From an uncultured Oscillospiraceae bacterium (GTDB lineage Bacteria > Bacillota > Clostridia > Christensenellales > CAG-314), in assembly GCA_964521735.1 (NCBI GenBank), contig CAZFTO010000006.1, positions 21,861-62,435 on the forward strand: DNA of 40,575 nucleotides, written 5' to 3'. The notes beneath the pieces are model-generated. The model did no database searches and was not told where the DNA came from. It was given only the letters and a program-made list of their open reading frames with translations. The position numbers and the translations under genes are program-made. Position 1 is the stretch's first letter. The number at the start of each line of letters is the position of its first letter. Positions 26,426 to 36,183 of the stretch are shown here, one piece after another.

Positions 26426-26709
26426 TAAAAGCACAAAAGCGTTGTCTTTTTTCACGACGAACGGCAAAATGCCCTGCAAAAACGTTTGTTTGCCCTGAGT
26501 TTTTGCAAAAATATTATCGTGTTTGACGCATCGAAAAATCAAGAAAAATCATTTTTGAAACTGCGGTTGCTTCGTTGGCGACAAGGCGCTCGGCTTGTTG
26601 CCGCATTTGCCAATAATAGCACCAATCAAGTGAAACTTTTTTGCAATTTGGGCGTGCAACATGGGGCAGTTTTTTTCTTTTTAATGTAAGGCAGAAATTG
26701 CATATACTA

Positions 26710-26738
26710 TTGACTCGGTTATGCAAATGTTATAAAAT
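26710..26738 (+). promoter_or_regulatory. sigma-A promoter
   Basis: TTGACT (26710-26715), 17 bp, TAAAAT (26733-26738). Confidence 0.7.
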
Positions 26739-26831
26739 ATTAAAGTAAGTGGCAGGACAACGATTCGACCAAGAGCATTGTCGTGCAAATTCGCCAAAAG
26801 GCAAAACTTTTGACAAAAAGGAAATGTTTTT

Positions 26832-29699
26832 ATGAAAAAATCTATTGCAAAAATTCTTGTGGTGGCAATATTGGTGCTAATGCTTGCACTGGCCGCATGC
26901 GACGGCCCCACTCAAATGCTTGTTAGCGAAAGCGGCGCGAAAGTTACCGGCAATCTGCCGCAAGATGCAGTGTTCGTTGCCCGGCAGGTGGACGAGGAAA
27001 GTTCCGAATACGCCGCGGCCGTTAGCGCTTTGGATGAGCAAACCTACGACTTGCAAAGCCCCGTTTACGTTTGGGATTTACATTTGGAACAAAACGGACA
27101 AACGGTGCAGCCTGGCGGCAAAGTTAAAGTTTCGCTGCCCTTTGAAGGAAATGCGGAAAACTGCGATTTGCTGCACGTAACAGGCGACAGAGCACAAGTG
27201 CTTTCCGCAAAGACAAAAGACGGCAATTTGTTTTTTGAAACGGATGGTTTTTCGCCTTTTGTTTTGGCAAAGCGTGCGCACACACCCGATCCCGACCCGG
27301 AACAAACCTACACTTTTTCCGCAATTGCAAAAAGCCTTGTGCAATACGGACAAAACAACGGCGGCTACGTGGTGGATGCCAACGAAGAATATATCACCGG
27401 TGAAGAATTGAAGCTGGCAAAAGATTCGCAATACACAGCGACGGCACGCATCAACAACGACTACTACTTCTTGGGTTGGTACAAAGCAGAAAGTCTTGAA
27501 CAAGTTAGCGACGAAACGCTTATTTCCAAAGAAACAACGCACACTTTCACTATTAGCGAAAACCTAACCGTTTTGGCACTATACGCCAAAGGCAACGACG
27601 TTGTGGAAGTGCAACTAGATGCACGCTTCGCCGAATTTAGCTATCAAAACGGCCAACCCGTGAAAACGGTGGTTGCAATAGCAGCCGGAGAGGACGAACG
27701 TCCCAACCCCGACAACGTTAGCACGACGGCCATTCGTGCTAACGGCAACGAAAATCTTGACTCTTCCGATGTCGTTTGCGACAAAGGCGGTTTGGATTTT
27801 GGTAAAGCCGGAACCTACACCATCACCTATTACAGCAAGGATTGCCCCATGATAAAGGCAGAACTTGTAGTGGAAGTTGTGGAAGATGCAAAATGCTACG
27901 ACTTGAGCGTATATTCCAACTCGTATAACTTCCAATATAACTACAACGGATGGGCAGAATACGACGAAAGCATCCAAAAGTACGCCTACGTGAGTAAGCG
28001 CGCAGCAGGCAGTTTGATAACCCTTTCGGCCATCACCGACCACTACGAATACACACGCTTTGCCCACAAATTTGACGGCTGGTTCGTGGACGGACAGTTG
28101 GTTAGCACAGAATACGTATATAACTTCGAAATGCCTTCTAAGCCCATTGTGGTTGAGGCCAAGTGGACGTCGACGGATTTGCCGTTTGCAACCATACAGG
28201 TTAAGTCGAGTGGCGGCGGAAACATTGTGGATAGTTGGGGCAACAAATTTATTGGAATTGTGGAAAGTTGGCAAAAAACAACCACCATCTACTACGACTA
28301 CGACACCACCGTTTCCTTCCGTGCACAAGCAGGCGTTGGCTACGACTTTGTCGGCTGGTATGCAGTAACCGACTACAGCGAAACGTTGCTTTCTACCGAC
28401 GAAATTTTGAACTACACCGTTAAGGGCAACATGACCATAATGCCCAAGTTTGCAATTAGACTATCCGTTTTTGAAACGCCCCAAAACGAAGACGTTATTG
28501 ACGGCACCGTTTACTGCGCAGTTGGAGACACGACGTTGCCCGACTACCAACACTACGAAATTAAAGCAAAAAGCATAAATGGTTGGTTCGAAAACGTCGG
28601 GGCCGATGCGTACGACGTTTTCGGCGACGTGGATTTTTCAAAAGCCGGCACCTACACCGTTACTTACACCTACAAAAAGGATCCTTCCGTAACAACTTCG
28701 TTGAATATTGTGGTTGTTGATCCTCAAAACTTGCAAGTTGCCTACGAACAAGGCCGTTCGCATTTGGAACACGACTACAACGGCAAGGCGGTGTTTGTTT
28801 CGCGCAAGGATATAACCGTGAATGGATTGCCGCTGGAATACTTCAAAAACGATTCGGCAATTTGGAACAGCATTTCCTACAAGTGGATAGATAAATCCAC
28901 CGGCAAGCAAGTGGATACCGCCGATGCCGACGTTACCATTAACGGCGTTGTGACCCAACGTTTTGGCCCCGATGGCGAAACGGTAGGTGACGAATTTGGC
29001 GGCCCCATTGAAGCAGGCGAATACAAGTTTGAACTTTCCGTAAACGGCAACGTGTCGTTTACTGCCGAAGCAAAAATAAAGGCAAACTCCTTCAAAAAAA
29101 TTACCACCGCAGACGAATTTAGAACAAACGAAGGCTCCACTTGGGTTAACTTTGAACTTGTCTACTACACCATAGTTGCGGAAGTGGAGGGCAACTTCTA
29201 CGTGATGCAAATGCCTTCCATTGGCAGTGAATCAACCGAAGCGGAAGCACGCCTTGTGACACCGGATACAAACGGAAATTTGACTCTGGGCGGCGCACGC
29301 GACTTTGTTTTTGTAAACGCCAAGTACTACGCAAACTATGCCGATAACTACACGGAATTTTTAACCGGCTACTACGGATCCTACGTGATTCGTTCTTCCA
29401 ATAACAGCACGGACGGCATGTTTGGCTCTCCCTACATCTACCGCACTGGTTACACCTGTGTGAGCGGCGGAAAGATTTGCCGTGAGTATGGCACAAAATA
29501 TCCCTACGGAAACAAAACGGAATTTGCCGAAAACGGCGCAGTAACCATTTATTGCCCCAACAACGGCGAAACGGCCAACAACAGATTGCGCCTTGTGTTT
29601 GACGGCGAAAAATACGTTTTCACCAGCGCACCTGCCGATGCCGACACGCGCACCTCCTACGAAGTGTTCATCTGCCAAAGCAACCCTTCTTTCGATTGA
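26832..29699 (+). CDS. Surface lipoprotein with bacterial Ig-like and InlB-B/Flg_new-like repeats
   Basis: lipobox LAAC; F(L/D/V)GW(Y/F) three times; DF(G/S)KAGTYT(I/V)TY twice; FETDGFSPFVL module end; 955 aa. Confidence 0.7.
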   Translation: MKKSIAKILVVAILVLMLALAACDGPTQMLVSESGAKVTGNLPQDAVFVARQVDEESSEYAAAVSALDEQTYDLQSPVYVWDLHLEQNGQTVQPGGKVKVSLPFEGNAENCDLLHVTGDRAQVLSAKTKDGNLFFETDGFSPFVLAKRAHTPDPDPEQTYTFSAIAKSLVQYGQNNGGYVVDANEEYITGEELKLAKDSQYTATARINNDYYFLGWYKAESLEQVSDETLISKETTHTFTISENLTVLALYAKGNDVVEVQLDARFAEFSYQNGQPVKTVVAIAAGEDERPNPDNVSTTAIRANGNENLDSSDVVCDKGGLDFGKAGTYTITYYSKDCPMIKAELVVEVVEDAKCYDLSVYSNSYNFQYNYNGWAEYDESIQKYAYVSKRAAGSLITLSAITDHYEYTRFAHKFDGWFVDGQLVSTEYVYNFEMPSKPIVVEAKWTSTDLPFATIQVKSSGGGNIVDSWGNKFIGIVESWQKTTTIYYDYDTTVSFRAQAGVGYDFVGWYAVTDYSETLLSTDEILNYTVKGNMTIMPKFAIRLSVFETPQNEDVIDGTVYCAVGDTTLPDYQHYEIKAKSINGWFENVGADAYDVFGDVDFSKAGTYTVTYTYKKDPSVTTSLNIVVVDPQNLQVAYEQGRSHLEHDYNGKAVFVSRKDITVNGLPLEYFKNDSAIWNSISYKWIDKSTGKQVDTADADVTINGVVTQRFGPDGETVGDEFGGPIEAGEYKFELSVNGNVSFTAEAKIKANSFKKITTADEFRTNEGSTWVNFELVYYTIVAEVEGNFYVMQMPSIGSESTEAEARLVTPDTNGNLTLGGARDFVFVNAKYYANYADNYTEFLTGYYGSYVIRSSNNSTDGMFGSPYIYRTGYTCVSGGKICREYGTKYPYGNKTEFAENGAVTIYCPNNGETANNRLRLVFDGEKYVFTSAPADADTRTSYEVFICQSNPSFD

Positions 29700-29802
29700 T
29701 GCGCAGGGCCGCAACGCAACAACGGCTAAAAAACAACTAAAAACGAACAAAACGAAGTTTGCTTATACAAATTTTGTTTGTTCCAAAACGTTTGCCAAAC
29801 GC

Positions 29803-29834
29803 AAAAAAACGGAGCCGAAATTCGGCTCCGTTTT
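29803..29834. terminator. Bidirectional terminator between convergent genes
   Basis: aaaacggagccgaa/ttcggctccgtttt perfect stem. Confidence 0.8.
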
Positions 29835-29898
29835 GCAATGTTTTTGTTACAGGTATCGGCAAAAAAACGATGCGCAGAACAAGTTTGTTTGAAATTGC

Positions 29899-31272
29899 TT
29901 ATTTGAAGAATCTGCGAATAAGTTCGCGGCTGTATTCGGCCGTTTCTTCCATATCGCCAAAGGACATGATTTCACCTGCGTAGAAGGTGTTGTCCTTGCC
30001 TTGCATTGCTTCCACCTTGTCGTACCAACCGTCGGCATAATCTTTGCTGCAAACGTGGGGGAAATAGTACCAGTCGTCGATTCTATCCGTTTGAACGACG
30101 GGGTGTCCGCATTTGGCCATATCTTCCAAAGTGATTCGTTTTGCATCTTCGAAAGAAACGTCTTCCATGCCTTCGTGGTTACGCAAAGTAAACGTTACAA
30201 GGGGCTGATCGGTTGCATCCGGCCAACGATGGTAGAACACCATCAAGTGTCCGCGTGTTTCGTTGGTCATGTTTTCGAAGAAATAGTAGGAAATTTCGGG
30301 ACAATTGCCTTCTTCGGGACGAACGGCCATTGTGAAATACTTTTTGTGAACGATTTTGGAGAACAAGTCCTTTTCTTCCTGACGAGGATCGCCGTAGTTA
30401 AGGAACATTTCCAGCGGCGTGCAGATGATAAGTTTATCAAATTCTTCTTCCTTGCCGTTGACGGTTACATACACCTTATCTGGCGTTCTTCTTATTGCCG
30501 TAACTTCACTGTTAAGTTGTGCGGGGTGTTTAAGGTGATTGTTCACCCCTTCCCAAATAGATTGCGTGCCGTTTTTCCACGTCCACAGTTTGCCGGTGGA
30601 AAGGAATTGACGAACGGTGAATGCATCCAAATATTTAACAACGTATGCCGCGGGGATTTCGTCGAAGTAGCCGTATCCGAAGGAAGTGAAGGGGCCTTTC
30701 CAAACCAACGTTGCGTCTTCGCACTTGTTAAGCTTCAAAAATTCCGAAAACGGCATGGAAAGATCTTTAAGGTTGGGGTTTTCGCCTTCAATATGAGCAA
30801 GTTTCATTTCCGGCGAAGGACAGGGGCCTTCATATCTGCCCTGTGCAACACCACGGTGTCCGTTGACGTCGTAGCCATAGTATTTTTTGTTCAAAAGCTT
30901 GGTAAGCTTTTTCATTTTCAAAAACTTTTTGAGCAAAGCAATTTTGCTGGATTTTTGCGGCGTGCCGTCCGTCATCATGAACTTTCTGCCCATCGGGGGA
31001 CCGTCGTGGTGAGAAGTACCGCCAAATTCTTCACATTCGTGCACGGCAAAATAGGTGTCGCAACCCATAACGGCGCCCATTTCGATGGTTCTGTCTTCCC
31101 ATGTTCCGTCGGCGTTTTTAACTTTCATCAACGGAGAAAAGGCTTTGCCACCAACGTGGTCGCTTCTTTCATAGATAACGTAGTTTTCGTATCCGGCTTT
31201 TTCCAAATACATTGCTGCGCTTGTGCCGGCGGGGCCGCCGCCGATTATGCAAATTCTAACGTTTTTGTCCAT
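29899..31272 (-). CDS. FAD-dependent polyunsaturated fatty acid (linoleate) isomerase, PAI-like
   Basis: Rossmann motif IIGGGPAG; full-length match to recalled C. acnes PAI blocks: EMGAVMG, GYDVNGH, PFTSFGYGYFD, PAAYVVKYLD, LWTWKNGTQ, GHLMVFYHRW, WYYFPHV, NTFYAGEIMSFG. Confidence 0.8.
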   Translation of the reverse strand: MDKNVRICIIGGGPAGTSAAMYLEKAGYENYVIYERSDHVGGKAFSPLMKVKNADGTWEDRTIEMGAVMGCDTYFAVHECEEFGGTSHHDGPPMGRKFMMTDGTPQKSSKIALLKKFLKMKKLTKLLNKKYYGYDVNGHRGVAQGRYEGPCPSPEMKLAHIEGENPNLKDLSMPFSEFLKLNKCEDATLVWKGPFTSFGYGYFDEIPAAYVVKYLDAFTVRQFLSTGKLWTWKNGTQSIWEGVNNHLKHPAQLNSEVTAIRRTPDKVYVTVNGKEEEFDKLIICTPLEMFLNYGDPRQEEKDLFSKIVHKKYFTMAVRPEEGNCPEISYYFFENMTNETRGHLMVFYHRWPDATDQPLVTFTLRNHEGMEDVSFEDAKRITLEDMAKCGHPVVQTDRIDDWYYFPHVCSKDYADGWYDKVEAMQGKDNTFYAGEIMSFGDMEETAEYSRELIRRFFK

Positions 31273-31454
31273 ATGTGTACCTCCACAAAAGATTAGTTAT
31301 AGAATAATACTTTTTCACCCCAAAAGTAAATATCTCTCAAAAAAAATATTTATCGTTTTTTTCTATGAAAATATCAAAAAAATCTATAGTTTTACCTTTG
31401 TTTGCGCCGAGTGGCCTGTTTCTGACATTCTGTTTGAGCCGTATATTTTTGCTA

Positions 31455-31483
31455 TTGCATTTATTTTGCTTTTGCTTTATAAT
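31455..31483 (+). promoter_or_regulatory. sigma-A promoter
   Basis: TTGCAT (31455-31460), 17 bp, TATAAT (31478-31483). Confidence 0.7.
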
Positions 31484-31573
31484 AGAAACGCAAAACAAAA
31501 AAGCACAAAAAGGCGGTTTGACGTTGCAAAATTAGCAATAAACAACCCTCTTTTGAGCAAAAGGAGATTTTTG

Positions 31574-32491
31574 ATGTCTAAATTTAAAAGCCTTAAGGTT
31601 GTGGACAACTTCTACCAAAACAACCTGTTTTTCCCCATGCCCACGGTGGCAATTTCCACCTTGTGCGACGATGGATCCACTTCCATTGGCAGTTATTCGC
31701 TAATTTTCCCCTACTACATTGCCGGGCGCGACTACTACGCCATGATTTTGGAATGTCGCAATTCTTCCAACACGGCGCAAAACCTTCTTAAAAACGGCAA
31801 ATGCGCACTAAATTTCATCAAGGACGACCGCAAATCCTTCAAAGAATTGGTGCGTTTGGGTTTCCCTGGGAAGACTCCTGCCGAAAAGATGAAAGATTGC
31901 AACTTCAAACTTATTCCGGGCGAGGCGGAAGGCCAACGTCCACTTATTTTGCAAGATGCCTATCAGGTTATTGAATGCACTTGGGACGACACCTTGGAAG
32001 ACGGATACAAAGCAAAGCAACACGTTGGCGAATTGGAAGGCGTGGAACCGCCCTACAACAATTTTAACGGCATAACTTCCAAATTCGGTTGCCACTTTGT
32101 TTTGAAAATAGACAAAATTCTTATGGAGGAAAAGTACGCCGATGCGCTTAAAAACGGCCTAAAAAGAAATTCCTTCCCCAACGTTCCGGTGGACTACGGC
32201 TACCACGATAGCAAAAACTTTTGGTACAAAAAGTTTAAGGGATTCCGCCCCATTGCCGAACCCATTGCCTCCAGCAACGCCGGCTCGGTGGATAGCGTTA
32301 TGTATTGCGCCGAAAGGTTAGATACAAAGGTGCGCTTCACAAAAGAAGCGTGCGAAATGTACGTTAAAATTCCCCGTCCGTTCATGAAAGCGGCACTTTT
32401 GCAAATTGTGCAAATAGCCGAACAAAACGGCATTGAAGTTATCGACAAGGAAGCCGCCCTAAAAATAGCCGAACTGCGCAAAAAGAAATAG
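31574..32491 (+). CDS. Flavin-reductase-like split-barrel protein with a C-terminal PCP_red-like helical domain
   Basis: PMPTVAISTLCDDG, SNTAQNLLKNGKCALNF, VIEC; C-terminal FTKEA...KIPRPF...AEQNGIEVID; AAGGAG SD before ATG 31574. Confidence 0.6.
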   Translation: MSKFKSLKVVDNFYQNNLFFPMPTVAISTLCDDGSTSIGSYSLIFPYYIAGRDYYAMILECRNSSNTAQNLLKNGKCALNFIKDDRKSFKELVRLGFPGKTPAEKMKDCNFKLIPGEAEGQRPLILQDAYQVIECTWDDTLEDGYKAKQHVGELEGVEPPYNNFNGITSKFGCHFVLKIDKILMEEKYADALKNGLKRNSFPNVPVDYGYHDSKNFWYKKFKGFRPIAEPIASSNAGSVDSVMYCAERLDTKVRFTKEACEMYVKIPRPFMKAALLQIVQIAEQNGIEVIDKEAALKIAELRKKK

Positions 32492-32522
32492 CAAAACCAT
32501 TGCAACCTAAAGGAAAATCAAC

Positions 32523-34664
32523 ATGGAAACAAATAACTACGCTTGGACAAAGTTCTATACCGATTTTGCAGATGCTCTGCTTGCCTATGAACACGATCGC
32601 AAAACTCTGCTACAAAAACTTCTTAAGGTGTATAATACTCTTGACATGAAGTTTCCTAAATTAGAACAAGATGATTCAGTGGTAGATATTGATCCGTTCA
32701 CTGTTTTTGGTTTGTTCAACAAGGGAATAACCAAAGAAAATCGTTTTCGCATTATAGCCGCACTTGCTAAGGAATTTAATGTTGCTATTTCTTTCAATAG
32801 CGAGATTACTCTAGATGGGGTTCCCGTACTCAACAATCTTAAAGCCGTGTTTTTTAGTTGGACGCGAAAAGATACCGATATAGATAATTTGTGGGCGTTG
32901 TTTAGAGTAGCGCTCAACTATGCCGATGCGAAAGATAAATCTGCGACAAAAAACGAATTTGTTGAGGCATACAACAAAGTTATCAAACAGGAAGGTATCA
33001 AGTGGAATATCACGATGGGACTATATTGGATTCGTCCATATTCGTTTATAAATCTAGATTCTCGCAATCGTTGGTATATTTGTAGAAGAACTTACTTGTT
33101 GGAAAAAGAAGAAAAAGTGTTAAGCAAAGTTCCTGATGCGGAAACATATTTGTATTTGAGTGAGATTATTGTTTCTAAACTAGGACAGTCAAATTATTCT
33201 TTCAAAACCTTGCCGGAATTGTCGTGTATTGCCTTTACCACGTCGACTATCGATAATGAAGAAGAAAAACGGGAAAGAGAAAACGAATCTGCATTGATTG
33301 ACGAAGATGCAAACGCTGTACACTATTGGCTTTATTCCGCCGGACACAACGGAGAAAAGTGGGAAGAATACCACAAACAAGGATTGATTGCAATAGGCTG
33401 GGGCGAACTTGGTGATTTGTCTTTATACGAAAGCAAAGATAAAATCAAAAGACAAATGAAAATTGTGTATGGCGGAGACCGTTCATATCGCAACGATGCC
33501 CATGCTGTTTGGCAATTTTCCAAAGAAATGAAGGTGGGCGATATTATCTTTGTTAAAAAGGGAATGTATCAAATTGTTGGACGAGGCGTTGTTGAGTCGG
33601 ATTACATTTATGACGAGTCACAACCGGGCAACTACGACAACTTGCGAAAAGTCAAGTGGACTCACTGCGGAGAGTGGAACCATCCCGGACAAGCTGTGCT
33701 AAAAACATTAACAGACATAACGCCTTATACCGAATACGTTGCAAAGTTGAATGCGTTGTTTGAAGCAGAACAGGGCGAAGAATTTGAAGAAAAAGAAATA
33801 GAATATCCTGCCTATACTGCCGACGACTTTCTTCGTGATGTGTATATGTCCGATAAGGACTACACCACGCTTGTGAATTTGTTGGCCGAAAAGAAAAATA
33901 TAATATTGCAAGGTGCCCCAGGCGTGGGAAAAACTTACGCAGCAAGACGATTGGCCTATTCTATGATGGGCGAACAAAATTCCGAAAGAGTAATGATGGT
34001 ACAATTTCACCAAAGTTATTCCTACGAGGATTTTATAATGGGGTATCGCCCCAAAGAAAGTGGCGGTTTCAATTTGAGACAGGGCCCGTTTTATCAATTT
34101 TGTAAAAAAGCAGAAAGCGACAACGAAAACGATTATTTCTTTATAATAGACGAAATAAACCGTGGCAACATCAGCAAAATTTTTGGCGAATTGTTTGTTT
34201 TGATAGAAAGAGATAAGCGGTCCAAAGTGAAATTGCAGTTACTCTATTCGGATGAAAAATTTTCGGTTCCGGAAAACGTTTATATTATTGGCATGATGAA
34301 CACTGCAGACAGAAGTTTGGCAATGCTAGACTATGCACTGAGAAGACGTTTTGCGTTTTTTGAATTGAAACCGGGGTTTGAAACGTCTCAATTTATCAAT
34401 CAAAAAAATGAAGTGGGAAATGCCAAATTTGATAACCTTATAGGCGCAGTACAACGTCTAAATGAAGTTATTGCCAGCGACGAAACACTTGGAGAAGGTT
34501 TTCAAATAGGCCACAGTTATTTTTGCATTTTTGAAAATGTTAATGACAATCGTTTGTCTAATATTGTGGAATATGAACTTATCCCCATGCTCAAAGAATA
34601 TTGGTTCGACGAACCGACAAAAGTTAGAGAATGGAGCTCTATTTTGAGGAGTGCAATCAAGTGA
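32523..34664 (+). CDS. mcrB: McrB-family AAA+ GTPase with extended N-terminus
   Basis: GAPGVGKT, QFHQSYSYEDF, IIDEINRGN, MNTADRS, ALRRRF, IGHSYF, EYWFD. Confidence 0.92.
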   Translation: METNNYAWTKFYTDFADALLAYEHDRKTLLQKLLKVYNTLDMKFPKLEQDDSVVDIDPFTVFGLFNKGITKENRFRIIAALAKEFNVAISFNSEITLDGVPVLNNLKAVFFSWTRKDTDIDNLWALFRVALNYADAKDKSATKNEFVEAYNKVIKQEGIKWNITMGLYWIRPYSFINLDSRNRWYICRRTYLLEKEEKVLSKVPDAETYLYLSEIIVSKLGQSNYSFKTLPELSCIAFTTSTIDNEEEKRERENESALIDEDANAVHYWLYSAGHNGEKWEEYHKQGLIAIGWGELGDLSLYESKDKIKRQMKIVYGGDRSYRNDAHAVWQFSKEMKVGDIIFVKKGMYQIVGRGVVESDYIYDESQPGNYDNLRKVKWTHCGEWNHPGQAVLKTLTDITPYTEYVAKLNALFEAEQGEEFEEKEIEYPAYTADDFLRDVYMSDKDYTTLVNLLAEKKNIILQGAPGVGKTYAARRLAYSMMGEQNSERVMMVQFHQSYSYEDFIMGYRPKESGGFNLRQGPFYQFCKKAESDNENDYFFIIDEINRGNISKIFGELFVLIERDKRSKVKLQLLYSDEKFSVPENVYIIGMMNTADRSLAMLDYALRRRFAFFELKPGFETSQFINQKNEVGNAKFDNLIGAVQRLNEVIASDETLGEGFQIGHSYFCIFENVNDNRLSNIVEYELIPMLKEYWFDEPTKVREWSSILRSAIK

Positions 34665-35692
34665 TACCTGTTCGAAATATTTACTACATGTTGTCCTATG
34701 CTTTTCAGGTGTTGCAGGAACAAGGTTACAAGAATATTCAGGATGAACAATTCGAAAATGCTCTGGATATGTTCTCGTCAATTCTAACAAAAGGTGTCAC
34801 TCTGCAAATAAAACGCGGGCTAAACAAAGATTATCAAATAGAAAAAGAACCGCTATCGGCAATTAGAGGAAAAATTGACATAACGGAATCTATTAAAACA
34901 AAAATCATAACCAGCACACAATTAGTGTGTGTGCACGATGATTTTTCCGAAAATTCATATTTCAACAAGATAATTAAAACAACATTGCTTCTGTTGCTTA
35001 AATCGAACATTTCTTCTGTTCGAAAAAAGGAAATTAAAAATATTCTTTTGTATCTAACAAATGTTGATATACTAGATAAGAACACTATCAACTGGAATAT
35101 TCGGTTTAATAAAAACAATCAAACATATCACTTGTTGTTATCTATTTGCAGACTGATAATAAAAGGTCTTTTGCAGTCAGAACAGTTTGGAAACTCAAAA
35201 GAAATGACGTTTTTAGATGAGCAAAAGATGCACAAATTATACGAAAAGTTTATCCGCGAATACTATAAAAAACACCACCCTGAACTGGCCGCAAGTGCGG
35301 AACAAATTCCTTGGCAACTAGATGATGACGATGATGGTATGTTACCAACAATGCAATCTGATATCACTCTGAAACGTGGAAGACAAGTGCTAATTATAGA
35401 TGCAAAGTATTATACCAATAATTTGCAAATAAGATTTGATTCCCACACAATAAACTCAGCAAACTTATATCAAATTTTTACGTACGTCAAAAACAAAACG
35501 CTGGCACTAGGAGAAAAAGGCCACAATGTTTCAGGAATGTTGCTTTATGCAAAAACCGATGACCTTGTTCAACCCAGCGGCGTCTACAAAATGAGCGGAA
35601 ATACAATTGAAGTTAGAACGCTAGATTTAAATTTGGATTTTTGTGATATAAAGCAACAACTAGAATCTATTGTCGATGCCTATTTTCAATAG
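34661..35692 (+). CDS. mcrC: McrC restriction endonuclease subunit
   Basis: NIYYMLSYA, LYEKF, SDI...IIDAKYY PD-(D/E)xK motif, NLYQIFTY, GMLLY; GTG 34661 overlaps the mcrB stop (GTGA). Confidence 0.9.
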   Translation: MIPVRNIYYMLSYAFQVLQEQGYKNIQDEQFENALDMFSSILTKGVTLQIKRGLNKDYQIEKEPLSAIRGKIDITESIKTKIITSTQLVCVHDDFSENSYFNKIIKTTLLLLLKSNISSVRKKEIKNILLYLTNVDILDKNTINWNIRFNKNNQTYHLLLSICRLIIKGLLQSEQFGNSKEMTFLDEQKMHKLYEKFIREYYKKHHPELAASAEQIPWQLDDDDDGMLPTMQSDITLKRGRQVLIIDAKYYTNNLQIRFDSHTINSANLYQIFTYVKNKTLALGEKGHNVSGMLLYAKTDDLVQPSGVYKMSGNTIEVRTLDLNLDFCDIKQQLESIVDAYFQ

Positions 35693-35833
35693 CACAAACG
35701 GCGTTTAGCTTTGCAAAAACACGAAAAACGCCAACACGTTTGGTGGATTTTGTGTAACAAGCTGTGTGTTGTGGCTATTGGTTTTGAGCGCAACGCCTGC
35801 TTTTGTGGCGCAAACAACACATTTTTTTAATAG

Positions 35834-35880
35834 AAAAATCCGCACGTCACCTTTGGTTGTTGCATGCGGATTTTGTTTTT
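35834..35880. terminator. Probable bidirectional terminator
   Basis: aaaatccgca/tgcggatttt stem with A and T tracts between convergent genes. Confidence 0.6.
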
Positions 35881-36183
35881 ATGTTGTTTTTTGTTTTTTT
35901 TCGGTTGTTTTTAACTGCGTTTTGAAAATTGTCTTGTTGTCTTTGCAATTTTTAGAGTTGCGTTTTTTAAGCAACAAGAACAATCGCTTGTCTAAGCAAA
36001 TTGTTTGCGCCGTCATCAAGAGCGCATAAAAACAATTCGAAATGCTTATGCAATGGTGCATCTCGTGGCAAAATGCTTGCGCTGTTTCTAAAATTTCTTT
36101 TTGCGTTTGAAAGCCTGCCTAACATTTTTCCTGTTAAAACAAATGTTTGCATTGCTTGCTGGCTTTTTTACAAAACGGTTTTC

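Noticed and set aside
30001-31296. Long antisense ORFs (also 19560-20756, 17768-18619, 13541-14488, 36685-37440)
   Set aside because: Shadows of well-supported opposite-strand genes with no recognisable motifs
32488-35699. AATAGCA at both mcrBC flanks as a target-site duplication
   Set aside because: Only 7 bp and includes the TAG stop codons; no mobility gene; chance is likely
35693-36183. Small ORFs in the mcrC-GNAT gap
   Set aside because: Low-complexity A/T-tract sequence crossing a terminator, with no SD or motifs
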